A stretch of 64,000 bases of DNA from Heptranchias perlo (lineage: Eukaryota): the NCBI RefSeq assembly GCF_035084215.1, contig NC_090355.1, positions 34,472,001 through 34,536,000 of the forward strand, in the 5' to 3' direction. The position numbers were made by a program, and so were the translations under genes. Below the pieces are notes generated by a model. That model did no database searches. It had not been told where the DNA came from and saw only the letters and a program-made list of their open reading frames with translations. Below, piece after piece: positions 60,457 through 64,000 of the stretch; within the stretch, counting starts at the first letter, position 1; each line of letters opens with the position of its first letter.

Positions 60457-61061
60457 GGAAAATTTAAATAAATGTAATTTTTCCTTCACATTTTTGAGAA
60501 GTCTTTTACAAAATGCATGAAAATATTAAACAACATATTAAATTTTTTTTAAAGTTGAATTCATGTGGTGCAAGAGATATAGAGACAAACACGGTTGTGA
60601 TTAGTTACTATTACCTCGTCAGTTAGTTTAAACCAGTGAGTAGCTGAACCGTCCAGACCAGCAGAGTTCAGGTTTAGATCCCGGGTCTGTACTGAATTAG
60701 TTGATCTCAGCTGGTGGTGTGAAGTCTGTAGGGAGGCCAAAATCATACTTCAGGTCAGGGTTCCCACTTCTGATTGATATGTGACTCCCGCTGGCGATGC
60801 TCATATATGGAGGTCAGAGGGCAGGATCGGGCTAAGGTGCAATGAGGTATTGGTCTCACTGCTAAATTTGTGGGGCGCTTTGGGATCGTAGGGTTCTGGG
60901 GTCGTGAAAGGAGCTACATAAATGCAAGTTTGTTCTTTTACCTCACTGAGTCATTTATCTCAGTGCTGTTTGTGGGATCTTACTGTGTGCGTTTCCTACA
61001 TTACAACAGTGACTACACTTCACAAAGTACCTCATTGGCTGTGAAGCACTTTGGGACATCC

Positions 61062-61655
61062 TTTTTTTTATTCGTTCATGGGATGTGGGCGTCGCTGGCA
61101 AGGCCGACATTTATTGTCCATCCCTAATTGCCCTTGAGAAGGTGGTGGTGAGCCGCCTTCTTGAACCGCTGCAGTCCGTGTGGTGAAGGTTCTCCCACAG
61201 TGCTGTTAGGAAGGGAGTTCCAGGATTTTGACCCAGCGACGATGAAGGAACGGCGATATATTTCCAAGTCGGGATGGTGTGTGACTCGGAGGGGAACGTG
61301 CAGGTGGTGTTGTTCCCATGTGCCTGCTGCCCCCTTGTCCTTCTAGGTGGTAGAGGTCGCGGGTTTGGGAGGTGCTGTCGAAGAAGCCTTGGCGAGTTGC
61401 TGCAGTGCATCCTGTGGATGGTGCACACTGCAGCCACGGTGCGCCGGTGGTGAAGGGAGTGAATGTTTAGGGTGGTGGATGGGGTGCCAATCAAGCAGGC
61501 TGCTTTGTCCTGGATGGTGTCAAGCTTCTTGAGTGTTGTTGGAGCTGCACTCATCCAGGCAAGTGGAGAGTATTCCATCACACTCCTGACTTGTGCCCTG
61601 TCGATGGTGGAAAGGCTTTGGGGAGTCAGGAGGTGAGTCACTCGCCGCAGAATAC
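61062..61655 (-). mobile_element. Non-LTR retrotransposon 3' end of a distinct CR1/L2-group family (other copies ~18595-19082, ~30838-31300, ~51890-52020, ~56777-57100)
   Basis: LRRVTHLLTPQSLSTI.RAQVRSVMEYSPLAW...LDTIQDKAACLIG; tail ...gccttgccagcgacgcccacatcccatgaacgaataaaaaaa. Confidence 0.85.
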
Positions 61656-61889
61656 TGAGATCATAGAAATGCAAGCCGTTCTTTAGTGATCAGAACATAT
61701 CCAGAGAGCCACACAGGGCAAAATAGGTCATATTACCACCCCCACCCCCCAATTTTGTTGCTTCTCTCCTGAGGGCGCTGATTGTTGCTGGGGAACAGTT
61801 CCACAGGGCAGTGGCAGCACTGTCTATTCCTGTTTAATACAGGGTTTGGCCTGGGCCTGACACCAGCTCCAGACCCCCCCCCCAGGTTA

Positions 61890-61975
61890 CTGAAATGGAC
61901 CAATAGGAGCGGAGCTTGCTGGCCGGGCTCAGCGACCAATAGGAACGGTTGTTGGGGCGATCCTTAGAGACGGAC
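61890..61975 (+). promoter_or_regulatory. Promoter with two CCAAT boxes
   Basis: GACCAATAGGA occurs twice (CCAAT at 61900 and 61936) at the start of a CpG-rich island. Confidence 0.6.
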
Positions 61976-62023
61976 ATGGCGGAGACGGAGCGGCCGCATG
62001 AGAAGCGGTGGAAAGGGCAGCAG
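61976..62023 (+). CDS. Probable first coding exon of the next gene (tentatively SPOUT1/C9orf114 by synteny; not confirmed)
   Basis: Strong Kozak gacATGG, MAETERPHEKRWKGQQ, phase-0 donor CAG|GTGGGT, CpG island and CCAAT boxes upstream. No confirming downstream exon in the window. Confidence 0.5.
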
Positions 62024-62614
62024 GTGGGTCCGGCCTCGGCCCGGGGGGGCCGCTCACCGAGAGGAGCGGAGAGATCGGGAGGGTCGGGGCCTCCTCTTCC
62101 CCGTAACCCACTGTGGGGAAAGGTTTGGGTCCTGCAGCCCCTTTAAGCAGCATTTAGCCGACATATATTGCTGGCTGTGGGTTGATTTAATTTGGTGCCG
62201 GTGGAAGTTCCCTTCTCCTCAGATCCACCCTCACAATGAAGGAAGCGCCATAAAGTGGCCCCATTCTAGCAGAATGAACGAGTGATTGAAAATAAAGTTT
62301 TAAACGGTGTCCCCCTGTTAATTCCCAGCTTTGCTGTTACTCACAGATCTCAGTGTTGTGATTTAGGATTTATCCACCAGTGAGGCAACAGCACTAAGAA
62401 CAGCCCCGTCCAAACCACCAACCCCACATCATTCAACAGGATGAAACGGCTAGTGAGAAATATAAGTGCCAAATGTCTGGGCTTTGAACCCCACATAACC
62501 AGAGCTCAGGGGCTACAAGTGGAGAAAGTTTGTTTCTTTCCTCTGTTTCTTTCTCCACAGATGCTGCCTCACTTGCTGAACTTTTCCAGCTTCGTCTTTT
62601 TATTTATAAATACA

Positions 62615-62763
62615 ACATCTATTCATAACAAACTGCTGTGACTCGCCTGGCTTCAGCTGACATATTCCACACAGAGTGAAAAGATGGCTGTAACCTTTTC
62701 ACTCTGTGTGGAATATGTCAGCTGAAGCCAGACGAGTCACAGCAGTTTGTTATGAATAGATGT
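62615..62763. repeat. Near-perfect inverted repeat (69-bp arms, 11-nt loop)
   Basis: Arms 62615-62683 and 62695-62763 are reverse complements with one mismatch. Confidence 0.97.
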
Positions 62764-63083
62764 CTTGGGGAGACAGATGGCAAACAAGCCCCCGGAATGT
62801 TTGAAGCAAAGTCAGGGGCATGTCCAGGTAAGTAATCCATTACAAAATGTAATCAGAATGCCCCTGTCACAGCTAGCCACTGAAATCACTTTGCTTGTGC
62901 GCTGTGGAATTTGCTGTTCGCCATTCGCCTGTCCCTCGGATTGAATTCAAATGGTTTCACGGATTTAAGAATCAAACCAGTTAGCTATGGCCTGGGCCAG
63001 CAGAAGAAAGGTTGCAATGCCTGTGTGATTCTGGGAAAAGCTGGAACTGGAAAGGCTAAGGTCTTTGCAAGAAACCTTTCTCT

Positions 63084-63266
63084 AGTAGAGGCGGGTACAA
63101 TTTTGTCTTTTAAAAAGCATTTGGACAGTTACATGGGTAAGATGGGTATAGAGGGATATGGGCCAAGTGCAGGCAATTGGGACTAGCTTAGTGGTATAAA
63201 CTGGGCGACATGGACATGTTGGGCCAAAGGGCCTGTTTCCATGTTGTAAACTTCTATGATTCTATT
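63084..63266 (+). mobile_element. Young CR1 3' end (same subfamily as 16075 and 20318)
   Basis: VEAGTILSFKKHLDSYMGKMGIEGYGPSAGNWD* identical peptide. Confidence 0.9.
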
Positions 63267-64000
63267 CTAAGTTTCCCTGGACCGTTAACCTTTTACCCCC
63301 TTCTGACTCTTCCTCTTTCCCCACCATTCAGTGCTGGTTCACTATCGATCACCCTGTCTGAACATGATGGATATGTATGTTGTTTATTTTAAACACATTA
63401 ATGACTTAGTTAAAATAGTGAACGGAAGAATTCCACATGAATGCGTTAACCGATGGTTTACAGGTACTGACTGAGGAATGCACCCCCACCACTTCACAGT
63501 TAAACTAACGGGCCACTAATACTGCAGCAAATTAATGTTTTGTAGAAAATGCATAGATTGTTCTAGAAGGGGCTAAGAGTCAGTGAGGCCCTGATGCTGA
63601 CACCTTCCATTACTGTCACTAACCCGAACTGTAAAGTACAGTTAATGCCTCGGGTTTGTAGTATTTACATATTTTAAAAAGTCTTTATTGTTGCACAGCA
63701 AAAAAAAATCAAAGATTTATAGACAAAGTAAACCACCTGAGTCATCGTGGCCTAGTACTCTTTGTGTCTTATCTTTTACAAACCAGCTGATACCATTGAG
63801 TACCCTTAACTCTTGAAATATTGCATTATGTAGAGTTATACAGCACAGAAACAGGCTATTCGGCCCAACTGGTCTGTGATGGTGTTTATGCCCAACTTGA
63901 GCCTGCTCCCACCCTACTTCAACTAATCCTATCAACATGTCCTTCAATTCCTTTCTTCCCTCGTGTTTATCTAGCTTCCCCTTAAATGCATCTGCGCTAT

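Overview
Eukaryotic vertebrate genomic DNA, very probably from a shark or other cartilaginous fish. This is inferred from the repeat content: CR1 LINEs, L2 LINEs with a tail-sharing tRNA/Deu-domain SINE, and Penelope-like elements. The window holds the conserved ZER1 (-) / TBC1D13 (+) / ENDOG (+) block. It contains the 5' end of ZER1, the complete 12-exon TBC1D13 CDS (397 aa), the complete 3-exon ENDOG CDS (310 aa, DRGH active site), and a probable first exon of a further + strand gene at ~62 kb (possibly SPOUT1). Most ORFs in the supplied track are retrotransposon fragments or noise. The most notable observations are: (1) a ~100-bp solo Penelope terminal repeat with a 9-bp target-site duplication (TSD), carrying an intact minimal hammerhead ribozyme in the sense strand of ENDOG intron 1, while the nearby long Penelope copy has a mutated core; (2) a 149-nt near-perfect hairpin at 62.6 kb; (3) a probable 3'UTR intron in TBC1D13 that could trigger NMD; (4) a TSD-flanked unit of CR1 tail plus extra sequence, present twice in the TBC1D13 3' region; (5) three short locally templated insertions. 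Exon coordinates were read by hand; repeat boundaries are approximate.
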